This document shows, piece after piece, positions 1-7,403 of a stretch of DNA of 64,000 nucleotides (position 1 is its first letter; each line of letters starts with the position of its first letter). The notes under the pieces were generated by a model. That model searched no databases and had not been told where the DNA came from. It saw only the letters and a program-made list of their open reading frames with translations. Source of the DNA: Chloroflexi bacterium HGW-Chloroflexi-8 (lineage in GTDB: Bacteria > Chloroflexota > Anaerolineae > Anaerolineales > Anaerolineaceae); the NCBI GenBank assembly GCA_002841995.1, contig PHBS01000001.1:13277-77276 (forward strand). The letters run 5' to 3'. Both the position numbers and the translations under genes were made by a program.

Positions 1-1
1 A

Positions 2-280
2 CCTCAGCTAATTAATATATTAATAGGGGAGATGAGTATTGTTGGTCCCCGTCCTATTGTAGAGGATGAAATACCACATTATAAGGATGTTTTTGAACTT
101 TATAAACAAGTCGAGCCAGGTCTAACCGGCATGTGGCAGGTATCCGGTAGGTCAGACACCTCCTATGAAAATAGAGTTCAATTGGATGAATATTACATTC
201 GCCATTGGTCTATTTGGATGGATATTTATATTATTGTTAAGACTTTTTGGATTCTAATTAAAGGCAAAGGGGCATATTAA
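2..280 (+). CDS. Bacterial sugar transferase (monotopic phosphoglycosyl transferase), C-terminal fragment; 5' end lies outside the window
   Basis: The frame is open from nt 2. The sequence ..QLINILIGEMSIVGPRP..LTGMWQVSGRSD..DIYIIVKTFWILIKGKGAY is the conserved C-terminal core of WbaP/PglC-type transferases. It has the same ending as the domain at 8400-9020. Confidence 0.85.
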   Translation, partial: PQLINILIGEMSIVGPRPIVEDEIPHYKDVFELYKQVEPGLTGMWQVSGRSDTSYENRVQLDEYYIRHWSIWMDIYIIVKTFWILIKGKGAY

Positions 281-332
281 TCAAGAAAAATTAAACATCA
301 ACTTCTTCAAGAATCAAGCCCAATGGATTTTG

Positions 333-1244
333 ATGAGTGATGATATTCGCAAGGTTTTTGAACAGCTAAATGAAGTTCATATACCTTTTATCGTTTTAAA
401 GGGATGGGCTTTTGGGGGGGATCTATACCAAAAACTAGGCGATCGAGGTATTAGTGATTTGGATATTCTGGTTAAATCGGACCAATTAAAAGATGTTATC
501 TCAGCACTAAAAAAAGTTGGTTTTTACATGGTTGAACCTAAATCCGTATTTTCTGGAAGTCAAAAAAACACTAATGACACAATACCATTGGCATTAAATT
601 TTAGAAGTAAATCTGGTGTTTTTATTGACCTCCATACCCATGTTTTTACTTCGCCATGGCTACTGCCAGTCTATCCAATTAAAATGGATGATTTGTGGAA
701 AGAAAAATCTCTTTTTACAGATTGGGATGGGAATTCAATATACCGTCTTTCCCTTGAGCATAATTTCATGCATTTAGTTAGCCATATTATTAGACACGGT
801 CTGACCTCAAATGTTCTAAAATCTTATCAGGATTTGGATATATTAATAAACAAATATTCAAACGAAATCAATTGGACTAAAGTAATCGAGAATTCCATAA
901 ATTGGCGAATGATGAAAGGTACTTATTTTGTCTGCGTCATACTAAATCAGGTTTACAAGACCATAATTCCAGAAGAATTAATTATTTTATTAAAACCTAA
1001 TAAATTGCGAATATGGTTATTTGGATTAACTACATCGGCTCGCAATCTTAAGGATGGATTAAAAAATAAAAAATACAAAATGTTTATTGGAAAATTGGTC
1101 TTAATAGATCGACCGATTGATATAATAATCTCACTTCTTCGACCAATTTTTCCTAGTAAAGAGTTCACCAAATCATTGTATGGAAAACCAACCTCATTAT
1201 TATCACATTGGTTTCAACTAATAAAGTACGGAATACAATATTAA
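333..1244 (+). CDS. Uncharacterised nucleotidyltransferase family protein (NTP_transf_5), AT-rich copy
   Basis: Family blocks are present: IPFIVLKGWAFGGDLY, GISDLDILV, IDLHTHVF, LSLEHNFMHLVSHIIRHG. It is a clear paralogue of 3536-4525. A TTG at 330 is an alternative start. Confidence 0.8.
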   Translation: MSDDIRKVFEQLNEVHIPFIVLKGWAFGGDLYQKLGDRGISDLDILVKSDQLKDVISALKKVGFYMVEPKSVFSGSQKNTNDTIPLALNFRSKSGVFIDLHTHVFTSPWLLPVYPIKMDDLWKEKSLFTDWDGNSIYRLSLEHNFMHLVSHIIRHGLTSNVLKSYQDLDILINKYSNEINWTKVIENSINWRMMKGTYFVCVILNQVYKTIIPEELIILLKPNKLRIWLFGLTTSARNLKDGLKNKKYKMFIGKLVLIDRPIDIIISLLRPIFPSKEFTKSLYGKPTSLLSHWFQLIKYGIQY

Positions 1245-1807
1245 CTAATCATTAAATACTTTCGTTTATCGATTTTGATCAATTTTCAAATTTAGGTAAA
1301 ACTTCCTGACGGCACCCAATTAACAATCCAAAACTCCTCCCAACTGCTATCTTCTACTCCATAAAAACATCCGGATATAGCTCCAAAAACATCCGAATCC
1401 TTTCCAAAACCATCTCAAAACATACTTCAAAGAATTAAAAATCACACCTAAAATCTTCCTGTAAAGATAGGTTGTAAATTACTAAAATATTGTTTCCATA
1501 AATCGGATGTTGGACTATACTTTTTCCACCGCTTTTTCTAATCACTTTTTGTGAAAACCAAAACTTAATTCAAGGCTTGATCTCGCACAAATAATTATCC
1601 TTTTTATGTTTAAAACACCATTTTTTAAAGTTTTTCACATCGAAAAAAGCAACATCATTTTTTTTGTATTCGAATTTGTGAAACGAATACTGTGTAGCAA
1701 ATATGCCCTTGGATTCGCCGAGTTAAGAAATTATTTGTAATCCGGTTCTAATTTATGGGTTCGTTCTGTTATGTTTAATCTTTTATCCTTAAAATTTGGA
1801 GTAATCA

Positions 1808-2959
1808 ATGGACTGGAAAGTGCCGCTCACCGAACTAAGTTATGGACCTGAAGAAGAACAGGCTGTCCTCGACGTCATCAAATCCAAATGGCTCACCATG
1901 GGTGCAGTCACCGAGAAATTTGAACATGACTTCCGCATATTTATGCACAGCAAGCATGCCATCGCTGTTGCCAATGCGACCGAAGCCCTGCACATGGCCT
2001 GCCTGGTGCTGGGAGTTGGTCCCGGGGATGAAGTCATTGTCCCCTCGCTGAGCTTTGTCGCCACTGCCAACGCAGTCCTCTATACCGGAGCCAACGTCGT
2101 GTTTGCAGATATCACCTCACCGCAAAAACCGACCATCTCATTACGCGACATTGTCAAAAAAGCTACCCCCAAAACCAAAGCGATTATCGTCATGCATTAT
2201 GCCGGTTACCCGTGCGACATGGCCGAGATCTATCACTTTGCCCGAACTCACAACATCTTTGTGATCGAGGATGCCGCTCATGCCCCGGGTGCCATTACCA
2301 AAGGGGAGTACATTGGTTCCTACGGCGATATTGGCTGCTTTTCCTTCTTTTCCAACAAAAACATCGCCACCGGTGAAGGCGGTATGCTCACCACGCAGGA
2401 CGATGAGATTGCCAGACGTTTGCGCTTTCTGCGCTCGCATGGTATGACCTCCCTGACGTACGACCGTCACCAGGGGCACGCCTACAGTTATGATGTGGTT
2501 GCGCTGGGTTACAACTACCGCATCGACGAGATCCATGCCGCGCTGGGGATTGAGCAGCTCAAGAAGCTGTTTAATAATAACCACAAGCGCGGGCTGGCAA
2601 ATTATCTTTACCGCATTGGTCTGGCGACCACGGTGGAGGTGCCGTTCACCAAGTTCAAAGAGAGATCCGCCTTCCATCTCTTCCCGATCCTGCTGCCTGT
2701 GGGTGCAAACCGTCAGGCTTTCCAGGAGTACATGAAGGAGCAGGGCATCCAGACCAGCATCCATTACCCGCCCATCCACCTGTTTAGCTATTATAAGAAT
2801 CGCTACCCGATTGATCATGAGCTGCCCATCACCGAGGATTATGCCGCCCGCGAGGTGACCCTGCCGCTCTTTCCCACGATTACCCATGAGCAGATCGATT
2901 ATGTGTGCGAGCATGTAAAGAAGGGGTTAAGTACAGCTCATGAGGTCATAAGCGCTTAA
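1808..2959 (+). CDS. DegT/DnrJ/EryC1/StrS-family PLP-dependent sugar aminotransferase
   Basis: 383 aa. Motifs AIAVANATEALHMA, IVMHYAGYPCDM, EDAAHAPGA and FSFFSNKNIATGEGGML (PLP-Lys region) are present. A GGAG lies 7 nt upstream. Local G+C is high. Confidence 0.9.
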   Translation: MDWKVPLTELSYGPEEEQAVLDVIKSKWLTMGAVTEKFEHDFRIFMHSKHAIAVANATEALHMACLVLGVGPGDEVIVPSLSFVATANAVLYTGANVVFADITSPQKPTISLRDIVKKATPKTKAIIVMHYAGYPCDMAEIYHFARTHNIFVIEDAAHAPGAITKGEYIGSYGDIGCFSFFSNKNIATGEGGMLTTQDDEIARRLRFLRSHGMTSLTYDRHQGHAYSYDVVALGYNYRIDEIHAALGIEQLKKLFNNNHKRGLANYLYRIGLATTVEVPFTKFKERSAFHLFPILLPVGANRQAFQEYMKEQGIQTSIHYPPIHLFSYYKNRYPIDHELPITEDYAAREVTLPLFPTITHEQIDYVCEHVKKGLSTAHEVISA

Positions 2960-2965
2960 GTTGAT

Positions 2966-2989
2966 AAGCTGTTGAGCTCTTAAGCTGTT
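2966..2989. repeat. Left arm of a 24-nt inverted repeat flanking the four-helix-bundle gene (AAGCTGTTGAGCTCTTAAGCTGTT)
   Basis: Direct reading of the sequence. It contains the octamer AAGCTGTT twice. It is complementary at 22 of 24 positions to 3500-3523. Confidence 0.85.
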
Positions 2990-3042
2990 GAAGTGAGACA
3001 CTCAGAAACCTGAAATATTTACAATTAAAAAAAAGGATATTC

Positions 3043-3438
3043 ATGACTGCATCAAACACATTATCCTACAAAGATCTGGTTGTATGGCAAAAAAGCCTGG
3101 AATTTGCAAATAAGGTTATAGAAATTACTGAGACCCTAAAAACACAAAATGTAAATTTCCGTTTACTCGATCAATTAACAGCGGCTTGTACTTCCATTCC
3201 AATGAACATCGCCGAAGGAAAAGGTCGTTTTTCCAACAAGGAATTCAAGCACTACATGGTTATTGCTCGTGGATCTTTGTTTGAAACAATGACACTCATT
3301 GAGATTTTCAAACTTCGTAATTGGATATCACAGGAAAACTATAATACACTTCAAAATGAAGCAATCCAAATCACGAAGATGATCAATTCTCTTAACAGAA
3401 GCATCACCCCAATCGAAAGAGCCACCAAAACTGAATAA
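3043..3438 (+). CDS. Four-helix-bundle protein, 23S rRNA intervening-sequence protein family (Avd-like)
   Basis: 131 aa. LVVWQKSLEFANKVIEIT ... NIAEGKGRFSNKEFKHYMVIARGSLFETMTLIEI is typical of the family. An AAAGGA RBS is present. G+C is about 30%, within flanks of 52-57%. Confidence 0.85.
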   Translation: MTASNTLSYKDLVVWQKSLEFANKVIEITETLKTQNVNFRLLDQLTAACTSIPMNIAEGKGRFSNKEFKHYMVIARGSLFETMTLIEIFKLRNWISQENYNTLQNEAIQITKMINSLNRSITPIERATKTE

Positions 3439-3499
3439 ATGTGTAAAGTTCCCAAGTTTCCTGTGGGCTATCTAAATCCCATTTCTTTCTTAACAGCCT

Positions 3500-3523
3500 A
3501 ACAGCTTATGAGCTAAACAGCTT
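3500..3523. repeat. Right arm of the 24-nt inverted repeat (AACAGCTTATGAGCTAAACAGCTT), with a third degenerate octamer at 3492-3499
   Basis: Direct reading. The reverse complement AAGCTGTTTAGCTCATAAGCTGTT differs from the left arm at 2 positions. Confidence 0.85.
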
Positions 3524-3535
3524 GCCAATCCAACA

Positions 3536-4525
3536 ATGATTATGACACATCAACTTATCGCCCAATACATCCACTGGCAGCCGCACCTGAATGCCCTTTT
3601 TAGCGCTTTGGAAGCTGCCGAAATCCCATTCCTGGTGCTCAAAGGCTGGGCATTCATCCCGGACTTGTATCCCGACCCTTCTATCGGCCGCCCATTGGGG
3701 GATGTTGACCTCCTGGTTCAGCCGCAAAAATTTTCGAAGGCAGTTCGGCTGATATTAAACCTTGGATACCAACCGGGGTCCAAACACTCAAATTACGGTT
3801 ATGATCGGAAAAGCAGCTACACTCCCAAAGAACTCGCTTTTTATAATGCTGCTGGTGTGTCGATTGATCTGCATAGCCACATTTTTCCGACATTTTGGTC
3901 GCAGGCAGCCTACCCGATGGATATGGACGTGGTGTGGGAGTCCCGTCAACTTTTCACGGATTGGGGTGGCAATTCGCTTGAGCGTCTTTCCGCGGAGCTC
4001 AACTTCCTGCACCTGATCACCCATATCGTCCGGCATGGGCTGCTCGACATGAACCAGAACTCCTATCGGGATCTTGTTCGCCTTTTGGAAAAGTATGGAT
4101 CCGTGCTGGATTGGGTTCAAATCCGTAAGCTGGTGGTGGATTGGCGCCTGCAAAGTGCCTTCTTTTTTGTCCGCCGAACTTGTGAAAAAGGCTTTCAGAT
4201 CCAATTTCCGGCTGCGCTCAAAGATGATTGGCAGCCCGGGTCCCTGCGACTGTGGTTTGTGGATCGCATTCTAACGCCACTGTGGAACCTTCATCCGGGC
4301 GGGGAACATTGGCTGCTCAAATCTTTGCTGACCCTTGCGCTGGTCGATCAACCCGGGCAGGCATTCGGGCTGGTTTGGGATGTCCTCTTCCCAACCGATG
4401 AAGCGCGTTATCATTTGCACGGTTATTCGCTCTCATTGTTTCGGCATTACCAGGTTTTACTGAGCCGAAGTTTCGGCTGGAAGCGGAAAGAGCTTTGGCC
4501 ATTAACTCCCCCAATGGGTGATTAG
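3536..4525 (+). CDS. Uncharacterised nucleotidyltransferase family protein (NTP_transf_5), GC-rich copy
   Basis: 329 aa. Blocks IPFLVLKGWAFIPDLY, LGDVDLLV, IDLHSHIF and LSAELNFLHLITHIVRHG align block-for-block with 333-1244. Confidence 0.85.
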   Translation: MIMTHQLIAQYIHWQPHLNALFSALEAAEIPFLVLKGWAFIPDLYPDPSIGRPLGDVDLLVQPQKFSKAVRLILNLGYQPGSKHSNYGYDRKSSYTPKELAFYNAAGVSIDLHSHIFPTFWSQAAYPMDMDVVWESRQLFTDWGGNSLERLSAELNFLHLITHIVRHGLLDMNQNSYRDLVRLLEKYGSVLDWVQIRKLVVDWRLQSAFFFVRRTCEKGFQIQFPAALKDDWQPGSLRLWFVDRILTPLWNLHPGGEHWLLKSLLTLALVDQPGQAFGLVWDVLFPTDEARYHLHGYSLSLFRHYQVLLSRSFGWKRKELWPLTPPMGD

Positions 4526-4570
4526 TTTGCATAAAACTCCGTCTCTTCCCTAAAGTTTTCATAATCAATT

Positions 4571-4605
4571 CGCTACCCGCTACCCGCTACCAGCTACTCG
4601 CTATT
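4571..4605. repeat. Heptanucleotide tandem repeat (CGCTACC x3 plus two degenerate units)
   Basis: The sequence reads cgctacc cgctacc cgctacc agctact cgctatt. It lies in the intergenic gap after the NTP_transf_5 gene. Confidence 0.8.
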
Positions 4606-4665
4606 CTCCTGTTCTTTTCCACAATATAGTATGATTAATTCAAATTATTATTTCCCCCAATTCTC

Positions 4666-4959
4666 ATGTCCCTGATTGATTTTCCTTCCCTGATCTCCAA
4701 CTTTATCTGGATCCTGGCGCTGGCCTGGCTGCTGGTGGTTGTTTCCATGGCGCGCTGGGAGGCACATCGCCTTGGCATCCGGTTGCGGGAACAGCTGGAC
4801 AAATCCACACAGCAGGTTCAGCTCAATATTGGGGGACTGCTTTTCTGTTTGGGCATGGGTCTGGTCACAGACAAAACATGGCAAATTGTGTTGTGGTTCA
4901 TCCTTGCATTTGTATTCCTTATTCAGATTGTTTTGGCAGCACGCAGCTCGAATTCCTGA
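4666..4959 (+). CDS. Hypothetical small membrane protein (about 3 predicted TM segments)
   Basis: 97-aa ORF with hydrophobic stretches (FIWILALAWLLVVVSM, GGLLFCLGMGLV, IVLWFILAFVFLIQIVL). No clear RBS. The region is GC-rich and also yields overlapping spurious ORFs, so coding status is uncertain. Confidence 0.3.
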   Translation: MSLIDFPSLISNFIWILALAWLLVVVSMARWEAHRLGIRLREQLDKSTQQVQLNIGGLLFCLGMGLVTDKTWQIVLWFILAFVFLIQIVLAARSSNS

Positions 4960-5080
4960 AATCCGCCCGTTTCTACCTCTGAACTCATCAATTTTTATAT
5001 TTTTCGTCCCGGAATTTTTTTTGTGGCATAATATATGCACGGGTTTTTCGCGGTTTTTGCGCGGCCAGTAGGAGAGCGTT

Positions 5081-6241
5081 TTGCCATCTGTTCAGAGATG
5101 CCCATTATTGGGTTTAAAGGATGATGATCAATCACGCCTGGCTTTTGCCAGCGAGAGCCATGCTTGTTATCGATCCGGAAAAGGCAAACCGATCTCAATC
5201 GCGCACCAGCGTGAATTCTGCCTGGAAAAAGAACATATTACCTGCCCGATCTTCATAAATGCCGGTTTGAACCCGCCAAAACCAATCGCAGTCATTCCTC
5301 CAAAATTAAGAACAGAAGAACAGGCTGTTGTCGCAGCTACCACGCAGGTTGATGAAAAAGATGAAATTTCGGAAGAGTTTTCAGAAGAACCAGGTCTTCA
5401 ACCCCGTTTTGCGCATATTTGGGAGATTGCAGGTGTGGCAATATTTGCGATCATATTGTTAGTCGGGTGGTGGCTATTTAATAACCGGGACTTGTTTTTC
5501 CCCAACCATACTCCGGTGCAGGCTTTCATTGCAAAAACTGCCCAAATCAGCCCGACGGTCACCAGTACAGATATCTTTGTCCCGAACGCAGCTCATGTCC
5601 TTGCGCTCACAACCACACCCATCGTAACGGATCCCAGTGGTGTTGTTGTTACTCCCAGTCTCACGATTTTGCCTTCCGTAACCGCGACTGTGACCGTAAC
5701 AAGAACCAGAACTCGCACGGTTTCTCCATCACCCAGTACATCACCTTCACGAACGCCAACGCCAGATTTGCCAGGCTCGACCGCCAGCACAAGTTGTAGT
5801 TTGCCGGGTGGTTGGACTACTTACACCATTGTCTCCGGGGATACCTTGTTTTATTTTGCAAATGTCTTCAACACAACCGTGGAAGCGATCATACAAGCGA
5901 ATTGTTTGACCAGCACCACGATTTATCCGGGACAGTCCATCTTTCTTCCAGGTGTACCACGTTCATCGACGGCTACATTCACCCCCACACCAACGCGCGA
6001 AGAAGCCCATAGTACCAATACGCGGACACCCACACGAACCTTTACGTCCACTTTTACTTTTACACCGCTTCCTACCCTCACTTACACGCCTTCGAATACA
6101 CCCTCACCAACGAACATTCCGCCAACAGCCACCCATACGCCAACGAATATTCCGCCAACAGCTACACCGACGCCAACGGAGACATTCACACCATTACCAC
6201 CAACCGACACACCTTTTCCATCCACCAGTACAACCCCGTGA
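5081..6241 (+). CDS. Single-pass membrane protein with an N-terminal Cys/His-rich segment, Thr/Pro-rich linkers and a LysM domain
   Basis: The start is a TTG preceded by AGGAGA. A TM helix (IWEIAGVAIFAIILLVGWWLF) is present. The LysM block is YTIVSGDTLFYFANVFNTTVEAIIQANCL..IYPGQSIFLPG. Long TP/ST-rich tracts flank it. Confidence 0.8.
   Translation: MPSVQRCPLLGLKDDDQSRLAFASESHACYRSGKGKPISIAHQREFCLEKEHITCPIFINAGLNPPKPIAVIPPKLRTEEQAVVAATTQVDEKDEISEEFSEEPGLQPRFAHIWEIAGVAIFAIILLVGWWLFNNRDLFFPNHTPVQAFIAKTAQISPTVTSTDIFVPNAAHVLALTTTPIVTDPSGVVVTPSLTILPSVTATVTVTRTRTRTVSPSPSTSPSRTPTPDLPGSTASTSCSLPGGWTTYTIVSGDTLFYFANVFNTTVEAIIQANCLTSTTIYPGQSIFLPGVPRSSTATFTPTPTREEAHSTNTRTPTRTFTSTFTFTPLPTLTYTPSNTPSPTNIPPTATHTPTNIPPTATPTPTETFTPLPPTDTPFPSTSTTP
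6107..6172 (+). repeat. In-frame 33-bp tandem repeat x2 (plus a partial third) encoding PTNIPPTATHT/PTNIPPTATPT
   Basis: Direct reading: ccaacgaacattccgccaacagccacccatacg / ccaacgaatattccgccaacagctacaccgacg. Confidence 0.85.
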
Positions 6242-6312
6242 GCATTTTTCAATCAACCCGAGTTGGATGGATGTGAATTATTGTCAAAATTAATCATTCA
6301 AGTAAAGAAAAA

Positions 6313-6335
6313 GTCTCTGAGTTCTCAGAGTTTTT
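6313..6335 (+). terminator. Weak candidate intrinsic terminator after the LysM gene
   Basis: A 6-bp stem ctctga/tcagag with a 4-nt loop is followed by TTTTT. Confidence 0.3.
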
Positions 6336-6344
6336 GTGTTTAAA

Positions 6345-7328
6345 ATGAAAGATTTTAACCTCCGTAAAAAAATCTTCCAAATCATAAAGATCCTGATTGG
6401 ACTTCTCTTGCTGTTTCTCTCCTTCCGCAGCATAGACTGGGGATTATTTGCCAAGGCTTTATTTTCCGCATCTCCAATTTTTATATCGCTCGCTGTACTG
6501 AGTGTTACACTCAGTCTGGGACTTAAACTCTGGCGCTGGCATCTCTTGCTGGAAAATTTCAAGGTCAAAATTCCGTTTTCGCGCCTGGTTACATCTTATT
6601 TCCTCGGGCAGGCTGCTAATATTTTACTGGTTTTACGTGCCGGAGAATTGGTTCGGATTGGATGGGCGCATCAGGCTAAAGAACAGGATCTGGTTGAAAT
6701 CACAGGTTCAATTGCGATCGAGAAATACCTGGATTTATTGATGTTTGTCCTCTCCATGTTGGTCGTTTCGACTGCTTTACCTGAGATTGTTCAGGATTAC
6801 ATTGGTACCTATCAGACGATGGCTATCGTTGCATCGCTGGGATTCGTGTTTGCAGTGCTTCTGGGTCCGTGGGTCTGGAAAAAGTTATTTGCCGGTCGGG
6901 TATGGAAAGGCTGGATGGGAAAAATTGCAGACAGACTGGATTTGTTCATTAATGCCAGCAATTGGCTTCGACATCCTGAAAAAGTTGGTTTACTGATCAT
7001 TTGGAGCACCATTATCTGGATCGTTATGGGAATGACGAACTGGTTATTATTCAATTCGCTAAAGCTCTCACTTGGGTGGCAGGCAGCAGGGCTGGTGCTC
7101 ATATTTGTCTATATTGGTGTACTTCCAGCATTGATGCCGGGTAACATTGGACCTTTCACTTACTTTGCACAGTTGGCTTTGCTTCCTTTCGCTGTGGAGT
7201 TATCTTCAGCGGTCGCATTTGCAGTCCTGTTGTACGTGATTGTTAATCTACCTCCGCTGCTCATAGCCGGTGTGATGATGCTGGCACCGAAGTACAAGAA
7301 TAACGTTTCGAGTAAATTGTTGATTTGA
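6345..7328 (+). CDS. Flippase-like membrane protein (LPG_synthase_TM / UPF0104 family)
   Basis: Polytopic membrane protein. The N-terminus KILIGLLLLFLSFRSIDWGLFAKAL and the block RAGELVRIGW are typical of the family. A GTG at 6336 is an alternative start. Confidence 0.7.
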   Translation: MKDFNLRKKIFQIIKILIGLLLLFLSFRSIDWGLFAKALFSASPIFISLAVLSVTLSLGLKLWRWHLLLENFKVKIPFSRLVTSYFLGQAANILLVLRAGELVRIGWAHQAKEQDLVEITGSIAIEKYLDLLMFVLSMLVVSTALPEIVQDYIGTYQTMAIVASLGFVFAVLLGPWVWKKLFAGRVWKGWMGKIADRLDLFINASNWLRHPEKVGLLIIWSTIIWIVMGMTNWLLFNSLKLSLGWQAAGLVLIFVYIGVLPALMPGNIGPFTYFAQLALLPFAVELSSAVAFAVLLYVIVNLPPLLIAGVMMLAPKYKNNVSSKLLI

Positions 7329-7403
7329 TCGTGTGATAGTATTTTTTGAATGAACGGTTCAATCTTTATTCCAATTATTCATGTTCGTAAGTAATTCAAA
7401 GCG

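Noticed and set aside
2141-2914. A 257-aa antisense ORF inside the DegT gene. Similar long alternative-frame ORFs occur in the GC-rich island: 1840-2070, 3788-4204, 4648-5040, 4739-5071 and 5952-6293.
   Set aside because: They overlap ORFs with clear family motifs and have low-complexity, Arg/Gly/Pro-rich translations. They are the stop-poor shadow frames expected in roughly 55% G+C DNA.
3043-3438. A diversity-generating retroelement, suggested by the Avd-like four-helix-bundle protein.
   Set aside because: No reverse transcriptase gene and no template/variable repeat pair is present nearby.
4113-4124. GGGTTCAAATCC, a tRNA T-arm-like string.
   Set aside because: It lies inside the NTP_transf_5 coding frame. 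No acceptor, D or anticodon arms can be drawn around it. I found no tRNA anywhere in the window.
6107-6172. A CRISPR-like or other non-coding tandem array.
   Set aside because: There are only two and a bit units with no spacers, they are in frame, and they lie inside a coding low-complexity region. No CRISPR array exists in the window.
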